From Camelus ferus (Eukaryota): DNA of 64,000 bases. The stretch spans positions 44,580,001 to 44,644,000 of the forward strand of contig NC_045697.1 in assembly GCF_009834535.1 (NCBI RefSeq), written 5' to 3'. This document shows, piece after piece, positions 1 to 12,015 of this stretch (the stretch's first letter is position 1; each line of letters opens with the position of its first letter). The position numbers and the translations under genes were made by a program. Under the pieces are notes generated by a model that did not search any database, was not told where the DNA came from, and saw only the letters and a list, made by a program, of their open reading frames with translations.

Positions 1-149
1 TACACCCTTCTTGGGTTAGAAGTGACATCACTTTAGCTCACACTCCGGTTGTTAAGAAATAGTGATATGATCCCAGCAGGCTTCATGGGACCTGGGAAAT
101 GGAGAGGAACACATGGATATTTGGGGGAGCATTAGCGATCTTTGCCATA
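1..149 (-). mobile_element. MaLR (MLT1-type) LTR fragment
   Basis: Resembles an MLT1J/K-type LTR end (gaagtgacatcacttt...gggaaatggagaggaacacatggatatttggg...ctttgccata). Confidence 0.55.
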
Positions 150-829
150 GATACATTGCCTCCAATAGGCTAGTCTCTGTTCTTTATTTTCTCATGGCAA
201 ATTTCTCATAAAATTAGTATCAGGAAAAGGCTTTCCTTTTCTAAAGAGTATGCTTTTTCTTTTTCTTTGTAGTCAGGAACTTCAAATTTAATGCTGATGT
301 CTACCTGATCTCAGATTTTTGGTGGTATTGTCTATCCTCTTCTCTACTAGGTTTCTGAAATCATTTTATGATGGTTTAAACAATAAGTGCTTTAGTATCT
401 GACATGACAAGCCAGGCAGCTCAGGGGTTAATTCAGTGGTACAGCATAGAGGACCATCTATGCTTCTTTTTTTGCTCTACAAATCTCAGTGTTTGGCATT
501 GTCTCCCCTCCATGTCATGAATAACTTAGTAGTTCACGATGTCACATGCCATGGTAGACCTTGGTCAGGCCTGGGCCTTGTGTTGCAGGAGATGAATGAT
601 GGTCACAGACTGGTCATCATGGCATGGTTGAAATGTAATGCCACTAGGCATGCATCATGCCTAGTTAGTATGTAATATCATATATATAACCTGTGGACAA
701 TGTTTCAAAATGATGCTGGTGGCTAGGTAAAAAATTACATCCAGAGTTGGATGTAAAGGCAGATGGCTTGTTAAAAAAGTTTTTGCACTCATACAAAGAA
801 ATCATGTTGGCATATCAGGTGACATGTTT

Positions 830-1000
830 GGTAGAGGGTGGTAATATAGGAATGGTGAGAAACAGAAGGATTTGCTGATGACTTGGATGTGAGGACTGAG
901 AGAGACAAAGACTTGAGAATGGCTCTAAGTTTTTGGTCTGAACAGTGGGAGAAATGGAATTGCTATTGATGAAAATGGGGAATACTGGAAGAGCTTGGTG
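830..1000 (-). mobile_element. L2 LINE fragment
   Basis: aggatttgctgatgacttggatgtg...ggtctgaacagtgggagaaatggaattgctatt...atggggaatactggaagag is typical L2 sequence. Confidence 0.65.
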
Positions 1001-1520
1001 GTGTTTCATAAATAAAATGTATTAAGTTGTTAATAGAGAATGGAGGGTAAGACATTACAAGGAGTCTGGATACTGGGGCTGAGCTAGAGAGCTGAGATGG
1101 TGGAATCAGAGCACTGCCCCAGGTCCTTGGGCCCAGCAGGTAGGACGGGTACCTGACATGGGCAAGGACTCCTGATGCCAGAGCTCTTCCTCTTATCCCA
1201 GGCCATGGTCCCCTCCAGGCATGACTGGCAACAAGTGTTCATTTTACAAAGAGCTCTGATACCCATTATCCCACTCAGCCCTCCGAACCCTGTAGTGTGG
1301 CGACTGCTCTCATGCCTGTGACCAAAGACTTGCAGGCAATCTCAGAAAAGTTGTTACTCATGCATTCATTCAAGAAACACTTATTACGTGCCAGTTGTAT
1401 GTCAGGAAACCAACCCCAGCTCTCCTGATTCAAGACCAGTGTTCTTTCCATATATCTACTTCAATACATTGATTCCTGCTTCACTCTCCTCCTAAATCTG
1501 CCTCTCAACTATTCCCCTTC

Positions 1521-1960
1521 TGTTGTGGTTTTGAAATGTCTCAAATTCATTAATACTCCTCCTTTCAAGGTGGGGGGGGGCTATTTCCCCTCCCCATGAA
1601 TGTGGGCCGCTTCACTGCTAATGAATTAGAATAAAGCAGAAGTGGTGTGTGATTTCAGAGCTATGTCATAAAAAGGACTGCAGCTTCCTGCTTGTTCTCT
1701 GGTTCCCTCTTGGGTCACTTGCTCTGGGGAAGCCAGCGGCCATACTGTGAGAAGGGCTTTGGAGAGGTCCACTGAGGGAAGAATTGAGGCCTCTGGCCAA
1801 GAGATATGTCAGTGACCTTGCGATCAGGTCCCCTATCCCCTGCCCACATCTTGACTGCAACTTCATGAGAGGCCCTGAGCTAGAACCACCTCAGGAAGCT
1901 ATTCTTGATTTCGGACCTTTAGAAACTCTGTGAAATGATAAATACTTACTCTTTTTTTAA
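1521..1960 (+). mobile_element. MaLR MLT1 (F/G-like) solo LTR
   Basis: Starts TGTTGTGG and contains ctctggggaagccagc, catcttgactgcaacttcatgagaggccctgagc and gaaactctgtgaaatgataaat. Confidence 0.75.
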
Positions 1961-2103
1961 AAACTAGGTTTTAAAACATACTGAAAAAATAGGAAAAAAT
2001 ATAATTCATAATCTCATGAAAAATCATAATATCTATTCCAAAAATATAAGAAGGAAAATTTAAAATAAAAGTCTTCTTCTCCCATCCCTGATCTCTGCTT
2101 CTT

Positions 2104-2235
2104 TTTTTCCAGCTTTATTTAGATATAAATGACATATAACATTGTATTAGTCCAAGGTGTACAACATAATGATTTGATATATGCATCCATTGTGAATTGA
2201 TTGCCACAATGCATTTCAGTTAGCACCAGTCACCT
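2104..2235 (-). mobile_element. Short L1 3' end with TSD, inserted in older L1M sequence
   Basis: Poly-T followed by L1 3'UTR (agctttatttagatataaatgacatataacattg). Imperfect TSD ctgatctct(gc/ag)ttctt at 2088-2103 and 2236-2251. Confidence 0.75.
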
Positions 2236-2809
2236 CTGATCTCTAGTTCTTCATCACAAGGTGACCAAGTTATTTTCTCAGAACATTTTCATGCTTATGC
2301 AATATATGTGTAAATCTTTTTAAGATGTTCACAGAAAATTAAATTACACTCTTGAAAAACTTAAATATGTCTTAAAGATGTTTTCATATCAGTACGTACA
2401 CACCTATTATAATTTTTAATGGATTTTAAAAATTATTTAAATGTATCATGTTTCTTTAAATAAGTCCCCATTATGGATATTTAGGATATTTCCAATTTAG
2501 GATTTTTGTTCCATTTTAAAAATGTTGTGATGAACATTTTCATGCTTTTGTGGGTACCCTCAGGTAAATTCCTGGCGGTAGAATTCTGACATCAAAGGGC
2601 ATGTGTGTTTAAAGTTGATACTTGCCATCTGCTTCACAATCTTTGCCCACAGTTTACACTGACAAAGTGTGAGAATGCCATTTCCCCACAAACCTGTGCA
2701 TATCTTTGATAGTAAGCATCTTTTATTATTTTTTGCCATTTATTTACCTTCTTTTGAGAATTGCTAGTGCCTAGTAGAGTGCTTGTCTTATCGTATGTAA
2801 CATAATAGC

Positions 2810-3000
2810 AATATCTAGCATTCTCTGAGCTTTCTTGTAATCTACATATATTTTAATACTTGAAAAGAGCCTATGAAGTAGATACTATTATTGTCTGCCT
2901 ATGGCTGGTGGGAAAACTGAATCACAGGTTAAATAAGCTACTCAAGGTCACACAACTAGAAAGGGTGGAGCCAGGATGCAAATGATACTGAAACTGAAAA
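2810..3000 (-). mobile_element. MIR SINE
   Basis: MIR core: ctatgaagtagatactattatt...gaaaactgaatcacaggttaaataagctactcaaggtcacacaactag. Confidence 0.7.
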
Positions 3001-3842
3001 AAAAAAGAATAGTTATTGAACGAATGAATGACTGAATGACCTGTTTGCTTTCTTTCCTCATTCTTCTATTGAGTTGTTTTTCTATTTTATTGGTAAGAGC
3101 TCTTTATGTATTATGAATATTAACTTCTTTCCTATTCTATGCATTAGAAATACCCCCTAGTCTATTACTTGTCTGTAACTTACTTGTTGATCACATTTCT
3201 TGTTCATATTAGAAAACCCCAAAGCAGTAGTTAAAAATATGACCCCAGATATTGTTATTAAAATTTGCACTGGCCATTTGAGAGAAGCAGTGATGATAAT
3301 GTAGTTGTACAGAGGAACTATGATGTGGGTAGTATAAAGTCTCACTAAGTTAATCTAAATATGAAAAATAACCTCAGGGGACTTAGTTACTTTGTTCACA
3401 TTGAGGTCCTTTAAAATTACAATTCCCCTTTAGGCCTATTTATAATTGAAAAAGAAGGAGTTGAGGGTTTTTGTATATATTAGATTGACATTTGGGGAAA
3501 TGAATTTTTATATCATCTCCAATGAATGAATCCCAATCAGTTCAGTGGCTCTGGGCTAAGGGAACTATTGAGACGTCCTTCTCTCAATTTGTTTTCACTT
3601 TTAAAAATGCCCTTTTTGGCCCAGTGAAACTCTCCCATCCTGGCTAAGTCACATGTCACTTCCCTTGAGGCCTCTAACCCTCCTCTGTTCCCCCGAAGCA
3701 TTTCACACGGAGACTCTGGTAGACATCTTTCTTGCTGTTAGAGCCCCAGATTTGTTTAGGTGTTCACTTTCCATCCTGTGTCCTCAGGGATGTGATCATA
3801 CCCCAGCTTCAGAGGTCGAATCAGAATCATCAAAGCCTAAGT

Positions 3843-4017
3843 CGGTGTTCTCAGACTTTAGCATGCGTCACCTTCACCTGGGGGGCTTGTTCAAACTCTG
3901 ACTGCTGAGCCCCACCCCCAGAGTATCTGATCCAGTAGGTCTTGGTGGGGCATTCCTGTGAAGTTTTGAGGTGATGCTGATGCTGATGGTCCAAGGACCA
4001 TACTCTGAGAATCACTC
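3843..4017. mobile_element. MER5A-like hAT-Charlie MITE
   Basis: gttctcagactttagcatgcgtca...cccacccccagagtatctgatccagtaggtct...ggaccatactctgagaatcact. Confidence 0.75.
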
Positions 4018-4319
4018 ATCTAAGCCAGTTCTGATGATCCAGTATCCTTTGCCATGATTGGTTTAAGTATATTACTCTTGATCTTCTCGGTTGTTTCATG
4101 CAGACTGTCACACCTGGAAAGTGACACAAAAATAATTTCTCAGATGATAGCTCTCAATAAGTGCTGTGTAAAATATTGTGACCATTAATGTGATTCCTGT
4201 GTCTTTGTTTCTAAAGATTGTTCATGTAACACAGAGCCAAGTATTTAAATACCCAAGATGCGTAAAGATATGTTTGCCGCTCTGCAATGCAGGTTAGTTG
4301 GGTTTGTGAGGAAGTCTGG

Positions 4320-4540
4320 TACGTGGACTTGGATGTCCCAGTAGCCTGTGGTTGAACTATACTTTTTCTGCGCCATACTATGTGAACTTGGGCTAATGAC
4401 TTTCTTGGCCTTTGATTTTTTCATCTGTAAAATGGAAATAATCATTCTGATTTTGTGGAGTTGTTATGAATATTGATAATAATGTTTGCAGGGTGTCTGT
4501 CATATAGTAGACACTCAAGGAAATGGTGATAGCTGTCATT
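4320..4540 (+). mobile_element. MIR SINE
   Basis: MIR core: tcatctgtaaaatggaaataatcatt...ggagttgttatgaatatt. Confidence 0.65.
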
Positions 4541-7208
4541 ATTTGGCCATTTTTGAGGGCTTCTAGGCTAGTAGCAAGTTGGTTCTTAGGTATCAAAGCC
4601 CCAGCACTAGGCTCCTAATAGTCACTCTCTTAGTTAAGACTATCTGTATGCTGACTGGATTACTCTGGTCCCATCTGTCATTCCCATGGCACCTAGCTAT
4701 TTTACAGACCAGCACCGTAATTGGGAATAGAAAGTGAGATGGAAATTCTAGCAGGTGTAGCCCTGTCCCTCACTCTCTGGGCCTCTGTGTCTGGGTGAAT
4801 GTGTCTCCTTCTGAATGGTGACAGTATCACTAAGTGGCAGATAATTGCTGGTTCCTTTTTACCTCAAAAAAAGAAAGATATTCTTTGAATTACTTATTGA
4901 GGACAAACCACTCAATATTCTAGGCACTTGTGAAATTTATTCAAGGAGATAGGGAGATGTTGCCAAAGGGTGGCCTTAGAAGTTTTTCTTTTTCAGTACA
5001 GACTCAGTGATGACTGCTGAGAGAAACCTGGAAGTAAAGGCTATAGTTCTTACTGTTATTCCTCGAGCCATTTAGTCCTTAACCAAATAACAAAATTGAA
5101 AATTCAGAATAAGCCACAATGAAGTCAGCATTTTCCCTAATGCACCTCTACATTTGGTGCACACAGTCAATAATATTTGATAATATTCATGTGACTACTT
5201 CATGCATTATTACTAGCTATTCATATAAAATCTAATTTATCTATAGGACAAGGGTTTACTCTATCTTTCTTTTTGTGAAAATTCGAATTCCACAAGCCAT
5301 TAGAACTTTTCAAATGTAGATTTTCACTGCACTAGTAACTAACTACTTCAAGGTTGGCTTCCAGATCTGTTCCAGTGGTGTTACAGAAACCTTTGAGAAT
5401 TGTGTATGGGTCATGTAGTTACATGTCTTGCTCATTTTGATGCTTTTAATATTCTTCAAAAAAAATGGAAAGGCCAGGGAATATGCTTCACAGGGGAAAA
5501 CCAATACAGTAATTTTATTTTCTCTCTATTGGGTCAGTGCAGTTTATTTTTATCTTTTAAAGCATGTTGTTTAAATTGCCGACCAAAAAAAAAAAAGTCT
5601 TGAAACAGACAACAATTCCAAAAGTGGCCTTTGCTCTCGTTTTACTAAGGGTAATCAGACTGTAAATATAGTTTCTAATGAATTTACACATCATTAGAAG
5701 CCACACGTTAAATCAGTTTGGTCTGTGATTATCACTCAAACTTACTTACTAATTATTTTTCTAAATAGCAAAATAAATCTCCACTCAGTCTTTCCCCCTC
5801 TGATAGTCCCATAAGAAATCATTTTGCTGTTAGCCTGGAAATGTTCCAGAACCAGAGCAGTGTGGTGGCAGTCTGCGGCATGGCCTCAAGGGAGACATCA
5901 GATGTTGGTTCAAATGTGACTTTTATGCTCTTGATCCCACATCTGAAAGTAAAGATGCAATGTGTCTCTATAAAGGTGGTGCTGAATAGCAGTGTTCTAT
6001 CTCTGTCAGCTCATCAGCCTCTGGGGAGGTGCAATCTAAAAGTCATCAGTGGACTCCTGGGCATTGTCTTTAATCTGGGTCTTTTTTGGGGTCTTGAAAT
6101 ATGGCAGCAGTAACCAATTTAAAGCAAGCAAATGCTAATCATGCAGCAGCCAGCTGTATGAACACATCTCATCTGGGGATTTAAAAACACTTTGCAAAAC
6201 ATAAGTCATTAATCTTCACAGTGGCCCTCTGGAGTCATAAACATCCATCACCACCCATCTTAGCCACTAGAAAATCTGGGATTTCAAAGGCACAGTGTAG
6301 GGCTACACTCAGGGTCCCAGGTGGGTCCTGTAGTACAAACTGTGATCTGACCATCAAGCTCTGGAAGTAATCTCATGAGCAAGGCACAGTGGGCACAGTG
6401 GGCCTGTGCAGAGACACGGCTGACTTGGTGGGGCCACGTTTGGGTCTTTGGAAGTGCTGGTTCTATACGGACCCCAGCCAGATGCTGTGTGTTATTTGAG
6501 GAAATGTTAATGAGAAGAGACTGAACTGTTGTGTCTGGCTTGGCTTTGGTCTTTTCCTTTCAATGATTATTTCTCTCCCTAGAGGTCCCTTTTTCTTATA
6601 GTTACTCTCTTAATTTGATTTCTCATGTCTGAAGTCATAGATTCACAGCCTCTTAGAACACAAAGAAACTTCAGAAGCTGACCACTTTTAATCTTTCCAT
6701 AAAATTTTGATAATCTGGGCAGGGGTATAAATTTACTGACAGTGATCACCCAGGGATTAGGGAAGAACTCTGTTTCTGTTGCTGTATCTTTTCACTTGAA
6801 AATTTCTGGCCCATGGCAGTTGGTTCATAAATGTTTTCTGAGTGAATATATGAAAGAGTAAAACCATGTTGGGCTTACGGTTTGGAAGACAAGGGATTGT
6901 GGCAATGCTAATGCTAACTGTTTGGTTATTACCCAGGTAAGGTGCAGAGATTTACTAGATCATCTTTTCTACACACTTAGGGACCTTTACTCTGTTTAAG
7001 GCTCTTAACTTTACAGAACAAAATACTAAGGACAATGACATGTCTAAAGTCTCACAATTCTTAAAAATGCAGTCATATAGTAAAATACGAGAAATTACTG
7101 GATTCTTTCCTACTTGTTTAGAACCTAAAAGTAATTGGTATAATGTCTTGATAAATGAGTCAAAGTCCTGGTCTGTCACTTATTGTCTGTGACCAAGTTC
7201 ACTTAATT

Positions 7209-7360
7209 TTTTTTTAATGATTTCTTTTTTGGAGGGGAGGTAATTAGATTTATTTATTTTATTTTTTATTAAAAAATTATTAATGGAGATACTGGGGATT
7301 TAACCCAGGACCTCGTGCATGCTAAGCACACACTCTACCACTGAGCTATACCCTCCCCAC
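7209..7360 (-). mobile_element. tRNA-Ala-derived SINE (camelid Vic-1-like), inserted in a MIR
   Basis: Reverse complement GGGGAGGGTATAGCTCAGTGGTAGAGTGTGTGCTTAGCATGCACGAGGTCCTGGGTTAAATCCCCAGT carries A and B boxes, then an A-rich tail. TSD ccaag(t/g)tcacttaatt at 7193-7208 and 7361-7376. MIR halves lie on both sides (about 7150-7490). Confidence 0.9.
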
Positions 7361-8024
7361 CCAAGGTCACTTAATTCTAATGAGCAGTTGTTTTTTCATT
7401 TGTAAAATGCTAATAATGATACTGACCTTACAAGGTCATGGTGAGGATTAACAAGACAATGAATATGAGAGTGTTTAGTAGATAGTGGAGTATTATATAT
7501 TCATAAATAGGTGTTTTATAATTCTATTTAAATATAAGATTCTTCTTGGAGCTTTTTCCCCCCTGAATTACTGAATTACATGTGGTAACTTATTCATAGT
7601 GACTCATGAGACTTCCAGACAGGTTGGGTAGTTATTAAGCGGAAGGGCACATCACCTAGAGAAGAAATGTTGTAAATATGTCTGGCTAATGTCAGCCCTT
7701 CCAAACAAAGAACGATTTAGATATTGAATCACTGACAACGTTGAAATGAAAATATTAGAAATCATCTTTCAGGAGGTTTATTGGAGGGATCTTGTGTGTG
7801 AAAGAGACAGGATTGAGAGCAAGGAAAAGGAGACAGAATGTGTTGGAGTGTCGTGAGCCATACGTTGGGATACGTCGAGAGAAACCTGGAAGGCAAAAAT
7901 TTGGGCCTCAAAGTTTAAAAAAGGCTTATGTAGGTGTGTGAACATGTATCCACCTCTCTGCTTACTCACCACTAGCCCCATCCACACATCCTGTGTCTGT
8001 AGCCATCACTTGGTTGTCTACTCA

Positions 8025-9097
8025 ATATGTATTTTCTACTACCTCTTCCCTTCTAGAATAAAGCTAAAAATGTCAGATTCTCATTTTCTTACTCTATCTG
8101 CAGCTAATGGTATCAATGTGATCCAGTTTTAGTCAATGAGATATAAGAGAAGTCTGCTGGGGTGCAGTTGAGGAAGATTTCTCCCTGTTAGAGAGATTTT
8201 TTTTTTCTGGATGAATTATTTTATTTTTTAAAAATTTGCTTTTTATTGAAGTGCAGTTGATATGCAATGTTAGTTTCAGGTGTACAGCAAAGCAATTCAG
8301 TTATACATATACATACTTAAATATATATATACTTCAGATTCTTTTGCATTATATATTATTATAAGAAATTGAATATACTTCCTTGTGCTATACAGTAGGT
8401 CCTTGTTGTTTATCTGTTTATATATAGTAAGGTGTATTTACTAATCCCAAACTTCTAATTTACCCCTCTCCTGCCCTTTCCCTTTGGTAGCCATAGTTTG
8501 TTTTTTGTGTCCATGAGTCTATTTTTGGTTTGTAAATAAGATTTGTATCATTTTATTTAGACTCCACATATAACTGAGATCGTATGATATTTGTCTTTTT
8601 TTGTCTGACTTACTTCACTTAGTATAATAATCTCTAGGTACATCCATGTTGCTGCAAATGGCATTATTTTATTCTTTTTTATGGCTGAGTAGTATGCTAT
8701 TGTGTATATATGTGTGTGTGTATGTATATATATATATGGCACATCTTTATCCGGTCGTCTGTTAGAGAGATTTGTATGAGGAGGTCATTTTTTTTTCTCT
8801 TCTGGTGCTATGCACTGTGGTATGAGGACTGGATATGTGGAGTTGCTGTAGCCATTTTACCACCATGAGACAACCAACCATAGGATGAAAATCCAATGTG
8901 TTGAGAATATCAGAGCAGAAGGATGGAAAAAGCCTGGGTCATGATGACATCACTGAGCTGCTGGACCAATTTTTGAACTGTATGTCTTCAGACTTATTAC
9001 TTGAAAGGATTATGTGTGTATCTTTATTGTTGAAATCACTCTCCATTGGGCATTCTGCTAACTGCGTCATCAGTGTGCAGATGTACTCTTAATTCAC
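8025..9097 (+). mobile_element. MaLR MLT1 (I/J-like) LTR interrupted by an L1
   Basis: MLT1 motifs (gatccagttttagtcaatgagatataag; gctgtagccattttaccaccatgag; gatgacatcactgagctgctggaccaa) flank the L1 insert. Confidence 0.7.
8200..8758 (-). mobile_element. 5'-truncated LINE-1 3' end
   Basis: ORF 8557-8742 (YYSAIKKNKIMPFAATWMYLEIIILSEVSQ) is the ORF2p C-terminus. Perfect 15-bp TSD ctgttagagagattt at 8185-8199 and 8759-8773. Confidence 0.93.
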
Positions 9098-9669
9098 TTT
9101 TTCTCTTTTGTCCCAGGAAGTTTAGATACAATACAGAATGATTAAAGAAATTTGAAATAGGTAAAAAATGATGCAGCATTAAAGAAAAAAAGGGTGGGAA
9201 AGAAAGATGGGATGAAGACTGATGTTAATACACAAAAGGTGTGCCATGAAATTCTACATACTTTCTAGAAGAGCGCTAAAATTTGGTTTTGAAAGAAACC
9301 GTAGTGGGGCACAGCATTCAGTAGTTTCTCCTAAAGGTCGCTGAATGAGTAAATTAGAGTACCTCCTCCCCTTCTCCGCAGCCCTGCCCGCCCTGGGAAG
9401 GAATCCCTCTTTCTCTCTCCCCTCTACTGAGTATGAAGATTTTAGCATGAGGAGTCAGGAAAATCAATGGCCAGGCAGTAAGACCTCGGATGCCGGCTCT
9501 GTAACTCTGTTAAATGAAAAATAACAAAACTTGGAAAGTGTTATCACTACATAATTTGTAATGGCAACGACTGGGAACTAACTTCAATTCTAATTTGCAA
9601 TGGTGGAAGAATGGCGTAAATGGTGGTCTGTCCATTTAATGGAATGTTATACAGCTAGCTTTTATTTAC

Positions 9670-10310
9670 ACACTTCTACCCATATTTAAATTTTCAGCCA
9701 ATGGCAATAACATGCTCCTTTCTAAGGTGACACAGCTGTGTCTCAGTCCAATGGAAACACGCTCTCTCTCCAGTTAAGGGAGAACTAGCATCCTAGCAGT
9801 CAATGCACTCCATTTTCGGGGATGTTCTCTGCTCCCCTTTATTGGACCAAGTTTACAGAACTGTACTGATCATCATCCTTGGTCAGGACACACTTTTGTC
9901 TTTGGTTCTGAGTGATGTTCAAACCTCTTTTAATTCAGTCACAATCCCAACTTGATATCCTATAACCTAAAACTACATTATAAAGTTCATTACATCTAGC
10001 ATACCTAGTATAAAATAAGAAAAACGTGAATGGAAAAATGTATAGATGAAAAAGTAAGGAAAAAATATATAGCTACTACAATCCTCATTTATGTACCTGA
10101 CTATAAGATGAGAGCCGGTATTTATAACTTCTTTTTCCCATGTTCCCTTTGCTCTCAGCCAGCACCTCAGTGGTCGTGATTTGCTGATGGGTGACCCAAA
10201 CATCCACTCCTGTTGAGAGTGAGCCTTTGGTTGACCTGAGTATACTGTTAATTTTTATCAGTGGACAGGGTAGTACTCGGAGGCACCATCTCCTGGATTT
10301 CAGACTTTGT
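9670..10310 (-). mobile_element. ERV-L internal 3' fragment (end of pol and downstream region)
   Basis: The minus strand near 10100-10230 encodes ...VWVTH...EVLAESKGNM..., resembling the ERV-L pol end (VWVTPPGK...AEVLAEGKGN). The left boundary is uncertain. Confidence 0.6.
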
Positions 10311-10529
10311 TCCCTGAAGCCCCATGCTGTAGTCAGCGTTGCCTGTTTCTGATCCCAGAGCCCAGTAGGTCTGTGTCTTCAGCCCTTGCTTGTCACTAGA
10401 TTTTCTTTTTCTGGGTCTCAGATATGCTCATTTTATTTTTGAGTATAGCTATACCTTTGAAATATTAACAATTTATGATTACTATGCTTTTGGAAAGGAA
10501 GTGGGGTGAGCTTAACTCTGCTCCACCCC

Positions 10530-10950
10530 ACTGACATTCTGCGGTGCCCACCTTCAGCCCCTCTTCAGGGCTGGCACACCCAGACGCCGGCTGCTGGGCA
10601 TATGGGCTGCCAAAGGCTCACAGCTTTGTCCTTCCCTGTGATTGCATCTCTGCTGTGGGGATCTGTCTTGCCCAGGGGTCTGCCTGCTCTTGGCTGGTGT
10701 GGGTGTACAAAAGCCTACCCCCTTGCCTCAATCAGGAGCAACTCTGAAGGGTCATTGCAGCTCCAGAGCTCTCTGGAGGACTGGCTGAGGTCTCAGTGGC
10801 AACTGCATTGCAGTCAGCCCCTCTCTGCCTAGTGTTGCCTTCTTCACATCCTTAAAGGTGAAATATCTCCTGAGAACACTCCCCAGTTAGCCCCCTGCAC
10901 ACAACTCTTCACTTCAGACAGACTCTATTTGGGTACCCAATCTGAACAGA
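10530..10950 (+). mobile_element. LTR16-family (ERVL) solo LTR
   Basis: cccttgcctcaatcaggagcaactctgaagggtcattgcagctccagagctc...gagaacactcccc...ccctgcacacaactctt. Confidence 0.7.
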
Positions 10951-11637
10951 CTGAAAGTTCACCAGAGAAGTTACTCCACGGCCTACTGAAGACATCTGTG
11001 CTTTGACTAGTATGGTGGATGTATGTTATATTTTTTTCCAGGCACGCCTTCTCTTTTTCTGGAATTGTTCTTCTTTCTTTTGGAAACTGTCATTCTCTGT
11101 GATTTCAGTCACATTGTTTATTACAGGATCTGCCCTATTCTTATAGGACCCTGCTTTTTATAGTTCCTCTTTTGGCTTAATCTAGTCCAAATTGGAATTT
11201 CTACTTCTTGCAATCCAGTGTTCTCAACTAGTTCACTAGGTTAAAACTTTATTTTACAAACCAGCAAATTAATAGGCATGATTTATTAATTTATGGCAGC
11301 CCAATAAAGGGCAGGTTTTAAGACAGGATAGATGAATTAAAATATTAAATATTTGTTATTTCTTTCCTTAACATGAAAAGTAGTACATAATCATTGTAGA
11401 AAACTTTGAGAGTAGAAGGGAGGAAAAAAGCTTTTAATCCTACTGTCTAGAAATAATTACTATTACTATTATTAATTTTTGTATATCCTTCTAGTCTTTT
11501 ATGTAGGGTTATACATTAATGTGTACATATTTTCTTTGAGAACGGTGGGATCATAGTGTTCGTAAGTTGCTTTAAAATAGTCTTAATATATTTTGAACAT
11601 ATTTCATGTCTTTAAGTGCTCTTCTAGCATGTGCTTT

Positions 11638-11876
11638 TATTTTTATTTATTTATTAAAAAAATTAAGGTATAGTTGATTTACAGCATTGTGTTAGTTTCA
11701 GGTGTACAGTAAAGTGATTCGGTTATTTTCAGATTATATTTCATTATAGATTATTACAAGATACTGACTATAGTTCCTGTGCTATAAGTAAATTCTTGTT
11801 GCTTATCTATTTTATGTATAGTAGTTTGTATCTGTTAATCCCATACTCCTAGTTCATCTCTCCCTCCCTCCCTCTC
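11638..11876 (-). mobile_element. L1 3'UTR fragment (older insertion)
   Basis: T-rich tail followed by L1 3'UTR. TSD ctagcatgtgcttt (11624-11637) and ctaccatgtacttt (11877-11890). Confidence 0.85.
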
Positions 11877-11890
11877 CTACCATGTACTTT

Positions 11891-12015
11891 TTTTTTACTG
11901 AAGTACAGTCAGTTTACAATGTTGTGTCAGTTTCTGGTGTACAGCATAATGTTTCAGTCATACGTATACATACATATGTGGAATCTAAAAAAAGACAAAT
12001 GAACTTATTTATAAA
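11891..12015 (-). mobile_element. Tiny 5'-inverted L1 (younger insertion at the same site)
   Basis: A minus-strand L1 terminus (11891-11977) joins, via ATAT, a plus-strand L1 piece atatgtggaatctaaaaaaagacaaatgaacttattt. Perfect TSD accatgtacttt at 11879-11890 and 12016-12027. Confidence 0.85.

Noticed and set aside
7280..7360. tRNA-Ala gene
   Set aside because: It has an A-rich tail, a TSD and no paired acceptor stem, so it is a SINE head.
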